From positions 160,001 to 224,000 of the forward strand of contig JBMNJT010000008.1 of NCBI GenBank assembly GCA_050951805.1: a stretch of DNA of 64,000 bases, read 5' to 3'. Both the position numbers and the translations under genes were made by a program. Source of the stretch: Bacillota bacterium (lineage in GTDB: Bacteria > Bacillota > DTU025). The notes under the pieces were generated by a model. That model saw nothing but the letters and a program-made list of their open reading frames with translations. It was not told where the DNA came from and made no database searches. Positions 7,622 to 17,789 of the stretch are shown one piece after another. Position 1 is the stretch's first letter. Each line of letters opens with the position of its first letter.

Positions 7622-10528
7622 TTGCGCATACGTGAAGTCCACATAGACGGTTACGGGGTCTTTCGTGATCAGCACATCCAAAATCTCGGCGATGGGGTCG
7701 CTCTATTCGTCGGGCCCAACGAGGCGGGCAAGTCCACCTTGATGTCATTTATCCGCGGGGTGTTATTTGGGTTCGATCGGGAGTCTCAAGCAGGCTATTG
7801 TCCGCCTCTTGCAGGAGGCCGCCACGGCGGAAGGCTTGTGGTGCTGATGGACGATGGCGAGGAGAGGGTTGTGCAGCGTTATCTTGAGCGTGGGCAGTCC
7901 CGCAATCCCGCCGATGTTGTGGGCAACATGTCGAAGGCTCTCTACTCCAACGTGTTCGCGTTCGGCCTGTCTGAGCTGGCTTCGTTGGAATCCCTCGGAT
8001 CTGAAGAGGTGCGGGCGAGGATATACAGCGCTGGGGCGGGCCTCGGCACGCGCACCCTTTTCGAGGCGCGCAGGGTTCTCCTCTCCAACCTCGATCGGCT
8101 CTACAAAAGGCAAGGACGGGTGCCGGAGATAAATGCGTTGCTCAGGGAGATTTCGGACTTGGAGAACCTCATTGCACGGCTTGCAGACAAGCCTGCGGAA
8201 TACAACGAGCTTGTTCGTTCAATGGAGCAATTGGCGGCGGAGAGGGAGAGGATCCAGGAGCAGTTGGATAAAGCCAAATTCGAACATCTGTGGTTCATGA
8301 CCCTCAGGGCTACCCGGTCGACGTGGGAACAGTTCTATTCGGCGAGGGCCATATTAGACAGCCTCGAGATGGAAGACGATGATGGCGCATTGGCCAGGAG
8401 GGAGGCGGTTATGGCGCTGGCCCCGAAGATACGCCGCCTCAAGCTGGCACAGGAGAGCATGGTTCAGCTGGTAGACTCCATTCCTGGGCTTGAAGCTGTG
8501 GCGATGGAGCGGCGGCGATCGTTCGAAGAACGCTTGAGGGAGCTGGGCGGGGCGTGGAATGAAGAGGCTGTGGAGTCTTTCGATGTGTCTCCTGGCGTGG
8601 TTGATGAGATTCGGGCTTCACGTAAGCGGATTTCGAGGCAGGATGGAGAAGTGCAGCGCCTTGCGGAGGCGGTTCGAGCTAGGCGCGAGGTTGCGGATGA
8701 GGCCGAATCGAGGCTGGCCAGACAGAGGGAGCGGCTTGAAGAATTCGGGGAGTTGAGTTACGCGACCAGAGACGACATTGTGGCGCGGATCAGCGAGATT
8801 GACAGCGCAGAAGCGATCTTGAGGGAGGTCAGCGTTGCCGAGGTGAGGGCTGAGGCTGCCAAAGGGAACATGGAAGCCGCGCGGATCCGCGTGGAAAACG
8901 CGACGGAGGAGGTGCAGTGGCGTAAGGAAGAAGTTCGCCGGGCGCGAGGCTTTGCCTCCTGGTTGGCCCCTGCCATGGTTGCAGCTTTTTCCCTTTTTGC
9001 CGCTTTCGGAATGGACAGTGGAATGGGTCTGTCCATTGGAGTCGCGGTTTTGGGAATTCTCGGTGCGGCTGCGATTGTCGCGTCGATTCTGAATAGGGCG
9101 GGGGACGCCGGTAAGAAGTTGGAAGCGGCTGTGGAAGCGGCGAGGCAAGCTGATGAGCTTTTCTGTTGCTGCCGGGATCAGTATGCTGCCGCATCGGGCG
9201 AGTTTGCGAGGGCTACTCGCGCATATTCCTCTGCGTGTTTGGGGCTTTTCGGCGAGGAGGATATAGACGGGGTCAGGCTGGTGCGGGAGAGGGAGGCGGC
9301 CAGGGGCGACTTGGCAGCATGGGATGAAATGGCTCGGTTGCGGCGCGAGTGCGAACAGGCGGAGAGGGATTGGGAGCGGGCGCAGGACGAATGGAGGAAG
9401 GCTGAAGAGGCGCACAGGGTGTGCCTGGATGAACTGGAGCGTCTGTGGGAGGAATGGCGAACCTGGATGAGGGCGCGGGGGATTGATCCCACCTTTGGCC
9501 ATGATGCGGCAGAGAGGACGATAGATGCTGTTCGCGATGTTGCGCGGGCGCGGCAAGACATGATCGATGCCAGGATGAGGCTGAAGGATGCGAGGGAACG
9601 CGCCAGGAGGCATGCGGCTGAAGTGAACGAGGTCGCGAGATCGCTGGGGCTGCCGGGGACGGATGTGGATGGTGCATTGGTTGTTGTAGACGAGCTCGTT
9701 GCAATGGTGGAACAGGTCGAGGCGGATCAGGAGAAGAGGGTGCGGGCGCGAGCGGTGGTGAACGAGCTTGCTGCGCAATTCGGTTCGGCCTTTCCCTCCA
9801 ATGATCTCCAGCGTGCTGAGGAATATCACCTGTTGCATACGGCCCAAGAGATAGCCGACTTGTGCGATGATGCCGAAAGCCGTCGTCAGGCTTTGGAGTC
9901 GGAACTGAAGAAGCTTGCGGAAGAGCAGGGGCGAAAGGCTGAAAAGAGGCGGCTCATGGAGCATGATGACGAGATCGCCATCGCCTGTTTAGAGCTGGAG
10001 TCGGCCAAGAGAAGGCTTGCGACGCAGGTAGAGGAATGGGCGGCTTATAGGCTATGTCTTGAATTGATCGATGAGGCGTGTGAAAAGTATGAGCGAGAAA
10101 GGCAGCCACAGGTGCTTCGCGACGCGTCGGAAGCTCTAGCCCGGATGACCGGGGGACGGTGGCAGTCTGCCATAGCGCGGGTATCGGGCCTCGATTCCCT
10201 CGATGTGGTGGATGACAATGGCAGGGCATTGCCCCATACTGCGCTTAGCTGCGGAACTGAGCAGCAGCTCTACTTGGCGGTCAGATGCGGCCTGGTTAGG
10301 GAATACTGCTCCCATGCTCAATCGATGCCAGTGATGATCGATGAGGCGCTTGTCAATTTCGATCCCGAGCGAGCTGAGGCGGCTGCACGTGTTCTGGCGG
10401 ATCTTGCAGATGTCACTCAAATTCTGGTCTTCACGTGTCATCCGTACATGGCAGAATGCTTCAGGAGCACGGGCAGGGTGACGGCCCAATTCGAGCTGGA
10501 TGGTGCCGAGATTAGGCCGCTTGCTTGA
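7622..10528 (+). CDS. SMC/Rad50-like ATPase, YhaN (AAA_27) type with internal TM hairpin
   Basis: GPNEAGKST Walker A, long coiled coil, LSCGTEQQLYLA signature, IDEALVNFD Walker B, FTCH. Confidence 0.92.
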   Translation: MRIREVHIDGYGVFRDQHIQNLGDGVALFVGPNEAGKSTLMSFIRGVLFGFDRESQAGYCPPLAGGRHGGRLVVLMDDGEERVVQRYLERGQSRNPADVVGNMSKALYSNVFAFGLSELASLESLGSEEVRARIYSAGAGLGTRTLFEARRVLLSNLDRLYKRQGRVPEINALLREISDLENLIARLADKPAEYNELVRSMEQLAAERERIQEQLDKAKFEHLWFMTLRATRSTWEQFYSARAILDSLEMEDDDGALARREAVMALAPKIRRLKLAQESMVQLVDSIPGLEAVAMERRRSFEERLRELGGAWNEEAVESFDVSPGVVDEIRASRKRISRQDGEVQRLAEAVRARREVADEAESRLARQRERLEEFGELSYATRDDIVARISEIDSAEAILREVSVAEVRAEAAKGNMEAARIRVENATEEVQWRKEEVRRARGFASWLAPAMVAAFSLFAAFGMDSGMGLSIGVAVLGILGAAAIVASILNRAGDAGKKLEAAVEAARQADELFCCCRDQYAAASGEFARATRAYSSACLGLFGEEDIDGVRLVREREAARGDLAAWDEMARLRRECEQAERDWERAQDEWRKAEEAHRVCLDELERLWEEWRTWMRARGIDPTFGHDAAERTIDAVRDVARARQDMIDARMRLKDARERARRHAAEVNEVARSLGLPGTDVDGALVVVDELVAMVEQVEADQEKRVRARAVVNELAAQFGSAFPSNDLQRAEEYHLLHTAQEIADLCDDAESRRQALESELKKLAEEQGRKAEKRRLMEHDDEIAIACLELESAKRRLATQVEEWAAYRLCLELIDEACEKYERERQPQVLRDASEALARMTGGRWQSAIARVSGLDSLDVVDDNGRALPHTALSCGTEQQLYLAVRCGLVREYCSHAQSMPVMIDEALVNFDPERAEAAARVLADLADVTQILVFTCHPYMAECFRSTGRVTAQFELDGAEIRPLA

Positions 10529-10753
10529 GGTTTCGGTCTGCTTAGGGGACTGCTATTTGTCCCTTGGTCCGACCCCAACATGCCTTGTCAGACTGGAGCT
10601 ACATTCACATCACATGATCGGTACAAAGACCAAACCTTGCCACAGGTGTGCATATATGTGGCAATCACTATCACTGAGCAGATCGGTTTCTCCTGGGTGA
10701 AGCCGCTTCTTTCGACGATGCCATAAGAGGCAATGAGTATTGATGGGGAAGGG

Positions 10754-12343
10754 ATGGAGACAGTGTTGAAACGGGTATTGACCGCTGGCTTGGTCGCAAG
10801 CCTCTTGTGCTTGGCGTTTGCTGCTTCGGCTGCTGCTTCTCTCTTGCCGTTTGATCCTGAATGGACTGCGGCTGAGGTGGGCTACTTAGTGGCGGCGGGC
10901 GCAGAAGTTAATGCAAGGGATGAGAATGGTTGGACGCCCTTGATGTTTGCAGCAGCATGGGCGGACATTGAGACCGTTTCCGTGTTGTTCGAGGCGGGTG
11001 CAGATGTAAATGCCAGTTCAACTAGTGGTTGGACGGCACTGATGTCTGCAATGGCATGTGGCAACTGGCCTCAAGTGGTTGGGGAATTCAGGTTGGTGGG
11101 CCTAGAAGACGATTGGTCTTGGGACTGGGGTGACGAGGATGCCGGTGATGACTGGGGCTGGGATGATTGGTGGGACGATGACGACGATTGGGAATGGGAC
11201 GACGAAGAGGACTGGTCTTGGGAGAACTGGTATGACGATGATGAAGACTGGCCAGAAGAGGCAGCTTCACCATGGCGCGAACCGAATCCCCTGGTTATTA
11301 GGTCGCTGGTAGCTGCGGGTGCTGACGTGAACGTGTGCACAGAGGATGGCTGGACGCCGCTGATGATCGCAGTATTGTGCAATGCTGATTGTGAAATCGT
11401 CGAGGACCTGATTGCGGCGGGCGCCGAAGTGAATGCAAGAAACGAATTTGGCCAGACGCCATTGATACTTGCAGTAGAGAATGATACGGACATTGAAGTC
11501 GTTGCTGAGCTCATCGGCGCAGGCGCTAGGGTTAACGCGAAGACGAAAGATGGCATGACGCCTCTGATGCTTGCGGTACATAATGACTGTCCGGATACTA
11601 TTAGGCTGCTTGTGGCTGCTGGTGCTTGTGCAAATGCAGAAGGCAAAGATGGTGGGACCCCGTTGATGCATGCGGCGAGATTTAACCCAAATCCTGACGT
11701 CATTGATATACTTATCCAAGCAGGTGCTCGCGTGAATCACAGAGGGATAGATGGACTAACTCCGCTTATGTTTGCGACTTTCAACGTGAACCCTGACGTA
11801 TTCAGTCTGCTGATAGCGGCCGGTGCTGATGTGAATGCAAGGGATGATGAGGGATGGACTCCGCTAATGTTTGCAGCAGCAGGCAGCATGAATCATACCG
11901 CGATTACTTCGCTTCTGAGAGCAGACACCAACGTGAATGCACGAACGGTGGACGGTATTACGGCTCTGATGATTGCAGCTGCCGAAACAGAGGATGTAGA
12001 AGTCGTCAGGACATTGATAGCCGCAGGCGCCGACGTGAATGCAAAGGACATGTGTGGGTGGACACCGCTAATGTACGCGGCCTTCAACGTGGACCCAAAG
12101 GTGATAGCGGTGCTCGTTGCGGCAGGCGCTCACGTAAATGACAGGAATGTGGAGGGCTTCACGACGCTAATGATAGCAGCAGATTGCTGCGAGAACCCTG
12201 AAGTCATCCTTGCGCTGCTCGAAGCAGGTGCCGACGGCAAATTGAAGTCGGGAGAAGGAAAAACAGCCTTCGACTATGCGAATGACAACGAGATAATCAA
12301 AGGCACCAATGTATATTGGCTTCTCAATGATGCACGGTTTTGA
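10754..12343 (+). CDS. Secreted ankyrin-repeat protein with an Asp/Trp-rich insert
   Basis: Signal peptide (ASAAA), about 11 repeats of AGADVNA..G.TPLM.A, low-complexity D/W/E tract. Confidence 0.92.
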   Translation: METVLKRVLTAGLVASLLCLAFAASAAASLLPFDPEWTAAEVGYLVAAGAEVNARDENGWTPLMFAAAWADIETVSVLFEAGADVNASSTSGWTALMSAMACGNWPQVVGEFRLVGLEDDWSWDWGDEDAGDDWGWDDWWDDDDDWEWDDEEDWSWENWYDDDEDWPEEAASPWREPNPLVIRSLVAAGADVNVCTEDGWTPLMIAVLCNADCEIVEDLIAAGAEVNARNEFGQTPLILAVENDTDIEVVAELIGAGARVNAKTKDGMTPLMLAVHNDCPDTIRLLVAAGACANAEGKDGGTPLMHAARFNPNPDVIDILIQAGARVNHRGIDGLTPLMFATFNVNPDVFSLLIAAGADVNARDDEGWTPLMFAAAGSMNHTAITSLLRADTNVNARTVDGITALMIAAAETEDVEVVRTLIAAGADVNAKDMCGWTPLMYAAFNVDPKVIAVLVAAGAHVNDRNVEGFTTLMIAADCCENPEVILALLEAGADGKLKSGEGKTAFDYANDNEIIKGTNVYWLLNDARF

Positions 12344-12571
12344 ACATGCATTGAGACAGCATGCTTGATAGCAAATGGATTCTCTCGCATGCGGGATGTT
12401 CGATGTAATAAGTAGCTTCGAAGAAGTACTTGGGTGATCCCAAATAGCTAGGGCTGAGCGCCAGGCGGTACAGCGGTATTTGGCATTTGCCCAGAGCCAT
12501 TACCGGCCAATTGGGGAGAGTACGGATCCGCAAGGGCTCGATGATAGTGCAGAAACTTTTCGAAGCTTACT

Positions 12572-12778
12572 TAGAGGATCCCCCTTCAGCGTGATAGGGG
12601 AGATCCTTCTGCGCCGATCTTTGACGCTGCCGGAAAGAATGGGATAGCAGAATCAACATGTCTTCTTGTTCTTCAACGGAAAAGACCGATCGTCTCCGTG
12701 GCGTCTCACGAGGATGCAAGGACGCGACCGGTTCCATTGCCTATCTTGCCCGGTGATCGGCTCTACTTTGGCCGCAGG
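12572..12778. repeat. Diverged copy of 14137-14359 (oadB leader plus ymaF 3' end)
   Basis: Collinear shared blocks TAGAGGATCC, TTCTGCGCCGATCT, CTCCGTGGCGT and the exact 17-mer TCTACTTTGGCCGCAGG. Confidence 0.8.
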
Positions 12779-12935
12779 TGCCGACGGGAATTTGCAAGAC
12801 GAAGACGGCTGGACCGCGCTGATGATCGCAGCCGCATATTGCGATAACCCAGATGTCATCCTTGTGTTGCTTGAAGCGGACGCTGACGGCAAGCTGAAGT
12901 CAAAGGACAGGATGACAGCTTTCGACTACGCGAGG
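12774..12935 (+). pseudogene. Ankyrin-repeat gene 3' fragment (paralog of the end of 10754-12343)
   Basis: AGADGNLQDEDGWTALMIAAAYCDNPDVILVLLEADADGKLKSKDRMTAFDYA aligns with the last repeats of the intact gene. No credible start. Confidence 0.85.
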
Positions 12936-13004
12936 GAACTGACGTGTACTAGCTCCTCAACGAGGCGCGATTCTGACGATTCCACGGCTGCGCATCGTTT
13001 GCAC

Positions 13005-14135
13005 CTAGCCAAATATCGCCATCATGACCCCCGCGGCCACTGCTGATGCTATCTGCCCTGCTACGTTGGCGCCCATGGCATGCATCAAGAGGTGGTTGTT
13101 GGGGTCTTCTTCAAGTCCTACTTGCTGGCAGACGCGGGCGGCCATTGGGACTGCAGATATGCCGGCTGCGCCTATGAGCGGGTTGACCTTGCCTCCGGAG
13201 AGTTTATACATGAGCTTGCCCAGGAATACGCCGCAAGCTATGCCGGCAGAGAAGGCAAATAGGCCTAGAAATAGAATCTGCAAAGTCTTTACCGACAGGA
13301 ATTTTTCGGCTGTGGCTGAGGATCCCACGGCCAGACCGAGGAAGATTGTGACTATGTTCGTCAGTTCGTTTTGGGCGGTTTTGTTCAGGCGTTCAACTGC
13401 CCCTGATTCGCGAAAGAGGTTGCCGATCATGAGCGAGCCTATTAGCCCTGCGGTGGACGGCAGAAGAAGTGCTGAAACTACGGTTGTGATTATGGGAAAG
13501 AGTATCCTTTCCGCTTTTGATACGGGACGGGACTGTGTCATGATGACCGAACGTTCTTCCTTTGTGGTGAGGCCCCGCATTATGGGCGGCATGATGATCG
13601 GCACGAGGGCCATGTAGGAGTAGGCGGCTACGGCAACGGGTCCTAACATGTGAGGGGCAAACTTGGAAGTGATGTAGATCGAAGTTGGACCGTCTGCGGC
13701 GCCTATCACTCCGACGCATGCCGACTCGAGCGGTTCGAACCCAAGCAGTAATGATACGAAGAAGGTAATGAATATTCCCGATTGCGCCGCTGCCCCCAGC
13801 AGCATTGTGGAGGGGTTGGCCAGCAGTGGCCCGAAGTCGGTCATCGCTCCGACCCCGAAGAAGACGAGCAAGGGGTAGAGCCCTGTCTCGGCGCCGAAAT
13901 TAAGGTAGTACAGGAGCCCACCAGGGGTGTCGCCTGTAGGCGGAGACGTAAGGCCTGTTGCGGGAAGGTTGGCCAGCAACATCCCGAAGGATATGGGAAG
14001 AAGCAGCATAGGCTCGAACTTTTTCTCTATCGCCAGGTACATCAGTATCAACGATATCGCGATCATCACCAGGTGTTGCCACCCGAGACTTGCAAAACCC
14101 GTGCTCATAACGAACTCGCTCAGTGCTTCGGCCAA
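13005..14135 (-). CDS. oadB: Na+-translocating decarboxylase beta subunit (OadB/GcdB/MmdB family)
   Basis: FEPMLLLPI, GVGAMTDFGPL, IGAADGPT, AAYSYMALVP, GISAVPMAARV, HAMGANVAG; GGAGG RBS and TTG start. Confidence 0.93.
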   Translation of the reverse strand: MAEALSEFVMSTGFASLGWQHLVMIAISLILMYLAIEKKFEPMLLLPISFGMLLANLPATGLTSPPTGDTPGGLLYYLNFGAETGLYPLLVFFGVGAMTDFGPLLANPSTMLLGAAAQSGIFITFFVSLLLGFEPLESACVGVIGAADGPTSIYITSKFAPHMLGPVAVAAYSYMALVPIIMPPIMRGLTTKEERSVIMTQSRPVSKAERILFPIITTVVSALLLPSTAGLIGSLMIGNLFRESGAVERLNKTAQNELTNIVTIFLGLAVGSSATAEKFLSVKTLQILFLGLFAFSAGIACGVFLGKLMYKLSGGKVNPLIGAAGISAVPMAARVCQQVGLEEDPNNHLLMHAMGANVAGQIASAVAAGVMMAIFG

Positions 14136-14242
14136 CTAGAGGATCCTCCTTCAGCTTGACAGGTGTATTCTGCGCCGATCTGCAGCGCTGTCCAGAAGAA
14201 TGTGATAGCAAAGGTATCATGTTCTTTTTTATTCTTCGACAG

Positions 14243-14296
14243 AAAAGGCCAATCACCTCCGTGGCGTTCACAAGAGAACATGTGGAGGTGATTGGC
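14243..14296 (-). terminator. Intrinsic terminator after the YmaF-like gene
   Basis: 13-bp stem GCCAATCACCTCC/GGAGGTGATTGGC followed by CTTTTCT on the minus strand. Confidence 0.65.
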
Positions 14297-14343
14297 GGTG
14301 CGTGGCGGCGGTTCCTACCGCCTGTTCTGCCAAAAGATCGGTT

Positions 14344-14739
14344 CTACTTTGGCCGCAGGCCGTCCTCTACCCTGGTGTGCATGGCTGTCCAGCGATCGGG
14401 CGAATAGGAGGCGGTGGTTCCTTGCACCTTGTGGCCGTGGGCTCGTATTTCTCTGGTCTGCAGTTCTATTTGGTGGGTATGGTCGATGCTTGTGTCAGAG
14501 GAAGGTCTGGTCCATCCGCGGATCTGGTGAGAGTGTCCGCTGTCATCGAGGTCTGTTTCCCCCAACAACCTGTGGGTATGTCCTCCCGGCCCTGGCCACG
14601 GAGGCCCCGTCACTATGTCGACTCGGTGAACGTGTTCGCTCTCGCTGACCGTGGTCCCGACCACCCTGTGAACGTGATCCCTAAATCCTTCTATGCCAAA
14701 ACTCGTTTTTTCCAGATGAGAAAGCAACTCCTCTAGCAA
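14344..14739 (-). CDS. YmaF-like His-rich protein
   Basis: Repeated HxH motifs (DHVHR, EHVHR, GHTH, GHSH, DHTH, GHKV..TT); GAGGTG RBS and TTG start. Confidence 0.7.
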   Translation of the reverse strand: MLEELLSHLEKTSFGIEGFRDHVHRVVGTTVSESEHVHRVDIVTGPPWPGPGGHTHRLLGETDLDDSGHSHQIRGWTRPSSDTSIDHTHQIELQTREIRAHGHKVQGTTASYSPDRWTAMHTRVEDGLRPK

Positions 14740-14871
14740 GTCCGATCACCTCGCTACATCTTATACTCTTATCACAAGAGGGGTGTTGTGCCCACGGCAC
14801 ACACAGGACAATGGCGCGGAAAGGAGAAATACCAAAGCGTCAAAGATATTCCAGATGGGATGGTGCTTTGT

Positions 14872-16074
14872 ATGGAATACGACTTCGATCAGGTGCTTGA
14901 CAGACGGAATACTAATTGCGAGAAATGGGATTATCTTGAAGAACATTTTGGCAGGGCAGATGTCTTGCCCATGTGGGTTGCGGATATGGATTTCCCTTCT
15001 CCCCCAGAGGTGGTACAGGCTATACAGGAAAGGGCAAAGCATCCGTCATACGGCTACACGGGGACTTCTGATTCCTTTTTCGATTCGATAGTAGGGTGGA
15101 TGGACAGGAGGCACGGATGGGCGATAGAGCGTGAGTGGATCTCGACTACTCCCGGGGTGGTCCCTGGGCTCGCAGCATCAGTCCTTGCTTTTACGGAGCC
15201 AGGCGACAACGTCATTGTGCAGTCTCCGGTATATCCGCCGTTCTTTCGGGTGGTGGAGAACAACGGGAGGAGGCTGCTCAACAACGAACTCGTAAGGGTG
15301 GGAGACCGTTACGAGATGGACTGGGATGACCTGGAGGCGAAGCTCGGCGAAGGGGCCAAGCTCCTCCTGTTGTGCAGTCCGGCCAATCCTGTGGGGAGAG
15401 TCTGGTCAGAGGAAGAGCTGGCGCGCCTTTCGGAAATGTGTGTCGCCCACGGCACCGTGATCGCATCTGACGAGATACACAGCGACATCATTTATTCATG
15501 GGCAAGACACACTCCTTTTGGCGCCCTGAGCCCGGAGGCGGCTGAAAACTCCGTTACCTTTGTGGCTCCAAGTAAGACCTTCAATGTTCCGGGGCTTTCG
15601 ACTTCTGTTGCGATCATACCCGACTCCGACTTGAGGGAGGGTTTCAATCGCATCCTTAGCGGGCTCGGACTCGGAACGAATCTGTTTGGTATTACTGCCC
15701 TGGAAGCTGCGTATACCTACGGAGACCGTTGGCTGGATGACGCCATTGCCTATATTGAGGAGAACCTCAGGTTTATGGTGGAGTTCCTCGGCCGTCAGGT
15801 GCCGGAGATCCGAGTGGTTCCTCCTGAGGGAACATACGTGATATGGCTTGACTGTCGGGGGCTGGGGCTCGATCCCGATGCTTTGCATCGGTTCATGGTA
15901 GAGGAGGCGCGAGTAGGCCTGAGTGACGGGACATTTTTCGGTTCAGGAGGCGAGGGATATCAGCGGATAAACATAGCGTGCCCCAGGCCGATCCTGCGCG
16001 AAGGGCTGGAGCGAATTGCGTCCGCGGCAGTGAGATTGCGGGGCGGAGTGAAGGGCACGAAGACAGGGGCGTAG
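14872..16074 (+). CDS. patB: MalY/PatB family PLP-dependent cystathionine beta-lyase
   Basis: LPMWVADMDF, SPANPVG, SDEIHSD, APSKTFN, EGTYVIWLD. Confidence 0.93.
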   Translation: MEYDFDQVLDRRNTNCEKWDYLEEHFGRADVLPMWVADMDFPSPPEVVQAIQERAKHPSYGYTGTSDSFFDSIVGWMDRRHGWAIEREWISTTPGVVPGLAASVLAFTEPGDNVIVQSPVYPPFFRVVENNGRRLLNNELVRVGDRYEMDWDDLEAKLGEGAKLLLLCSPANPVGRVWSEEELARLSEMCVAHGTVIASDEIHSDIIYSWARHTPFGALSPEAAENSVTFVAPSKTFNVPGLSTSVAIIPDSDLREGFNRILSGLGLGTNLFGITALEAAYTYGDRWLDDAIAYIEENLRFMVEFLGRQVPEIRVVPPEGTYVIWLDCRGLGLDPDALHRFMVEEARVGLSDGTFFGSGGEGYQRINIACPRPILREGLERIASAAVRLRGGVKGTKTGA

Positions 16075-16118
16075 GAGGCTCGATGCTGCGGACGCGTGAA
16101 TCATGCCGGGAGGTGAAG

Positions 16119-17711
16119 ATGGTGGCGAGAAAGCGTCCCTGGTTTGTGATGGTTCTCCACAGTCATTTGCCGTGGGTGATGGGTTATGGCAGATGGCCTT
16201 TTGGCGAAGAGTGGATCTATGAGATTGCGTGGGATTGCTACATTCCGTTGATCCGGGCGTTTAGGAATCTTGAGCGCGACGGCATTCCCGCAAACGTCAC
16301 GCTGAGTGTCACCCCAGTCCTTGCGGAGCAGCTTGCATCGGAGAGTTTCAAGTCGGGGCTCGTAGAATACCTGGGCGACAGGCGGCGCAGGGTCGCTGAT
16401 GACAGGGCAGAATTCCTCGCCCGGGGAAATACGGATCTGGCGAGACTGACGATTTGGATTGAAGAGCAGATAGACCGGGCTTTGCAGGACTTCGAAGACA
16501 TGGGCCGAGATATTCCCGGCGCATTGGCCGACCTTGCTGCCCGGGGCTGTATTGAACTGGCGACATCCGCGGCTTCCCACGGGTATCTGCCGTTGCTCAA
16601 ACATGAGAAGACTAAGCGCCTTCAGATTCGCATGGGGAAGGTGGGGTTTAAGGAAGTCTTCGGCATGGAGCCACGGGGATTCTGGTTTCCGGAGTGCGCC
16701 TACAGTCCGGGCTTGGAAGAGCTCGTGGCGGGTGAGGGTTACGCTTATACTGTGCTGGATGCCATGGCTGTGCAGGGCGGGAAGGCAATGAGCCAGTACG
16801 GCGAAAGCACCAGAACGGTGCCGCCTACAGGCAGGTCTGTGGAGACAGTCTACAAGTGTTGCAATTCTGAACTAGCCGTCTTCCCACGCCACCCGGAACT
16901 GTGTGCCCAGGTATGGTCCAGATGGACGGGGTACCCGGGAGACTTCGCCTATCGGGAATTCCACAAGCAGAAGCCGCGATCTGGAATGAGATACTACCGC
17001 GTGACTGATTCCGCAGGCGATTTGCGCACTAAGAAACCATACGACCCAACGGTTGCGGCAGCCAGGGCCAGGGAGCATGCTGCACATTACGTGGGGCGCA
17101 TCGAGGAAGCAGCTGATGAGAGCCGGTCGGAATTACCCATACTCACGACCGCGTTCGACACGGAGCTGTATGGGCACTGGTGGCATGAGGGCCCGATTTT
17201 CCTGGAAGAGGTGGCACGGCTCCTTGCCCAAAGTGACGCGGTGAATCATGCAACCCCGTCGCGCATCCTTGAGGAGATTGATTGGGAAAAGGTTGACAGG
17301 ATAGAGCCCTTGGAATCGTCGTGGGGCGTTAATTGCGACCATACTGTGTGGATGAACGAGCGCACACGGCCGATGTGGGAAAAGATATGGGAACTCGAAG
17401 ACATAGTAAACGGCAGCTGGGCATTGACTCCTTTTGGGCCGTGGCCCGGCGACTTCTGGGAATTACAGTCCAGCGTTGATACATTCCTCCGCGAATTCCT
17501 GCTAATGATGGCTTCGGATTGGGAGTTTCTTATGTATACTGGGACTGCGGGGGATTATCCTGAACGGCGCTTTGAAGGGCACAGGAAAAACTGCGCAGAG
17601 GCCTATGGCAGGCTTCGCGCGGCTTTGAAAGATCATCAGTTGCCCGAGTATCTTTACGAACCCTTGTATGACAGAAGGGATGCGGATCTTGAGTCCCCCG
17701 AAGGCTGTTAG
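16119..17711 (+). CDS. GH57 1,4-alpha-glucan branching enzyme (DUF1957)
   Basis: LHSHLPWV, HGYLP, WFPECAY nucleophile, FDTELYGHWW acid/base, ASDWEF; upstream of glgA. Confidence 0.9.
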   Translation: MVARKRPWFVMVLHSHLPWVMGYGRWPFGEEWIYEIAWDCYIPLIRAFRNLERDGIPANVTLSVTPVLAEQLASESFKSGLVEYLGDRRRRVADDRAEFLARGNTDLARLTIWIEEQIDRALQDFEDMGRDIPGALADLAARGCIELATSAASHGYLPLLKHEKTKRLQIRMGKVGFKEVFGMEPRGFWFPECAYSPGLEELVAGEGYAYTVLDAMAVQGGKAMSQYGESTRTVPPTGRSVETVYKCCNSELAVFPRHPELCAQVWSRWTGYPGDFAYREFHKQKPRSGMRYYRVTDSAGDLRTKKPYDPTVAAARAREHAAHYVGRIEEAADESRSELPILTTAFDTELYGHWWHEGPIFLEEVARLLAQSDAVNHATPSRILEEIDWEKVDRIEPLESSWGVNCDHTVWMNERTRPMWEKIWELEDIVNGSWALTPFGPWPGDFWELQSSVDTFLREFLLMMASDWEFLMYTGTAGDYPERRFEGHRKNCAEAYGRLRAALKDHQLPEYLYEPLYDRRDADLESPEGC

Positions 17712-17789
17712 CCGGATCAGCGGCGTTGGCCTCTGATTTGCCCTACACTATATGCAACACGAATTACCAAGAAGGGGGACTGTCTAGCA

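Noticed and set aside
8618-9964. 448-aa antisense ORF and many other long overlapping ORFs in the track
   Set aside because: Shadow frames of well-supported genes in GC-rich DNA, with no recognisable motifs.
6353-10528. YhaO/YhaN nuclease-ATPase pair as a novel defence system
   Set aside because: Widespread known SbcCD-like pair in ordinary chromosomal context.
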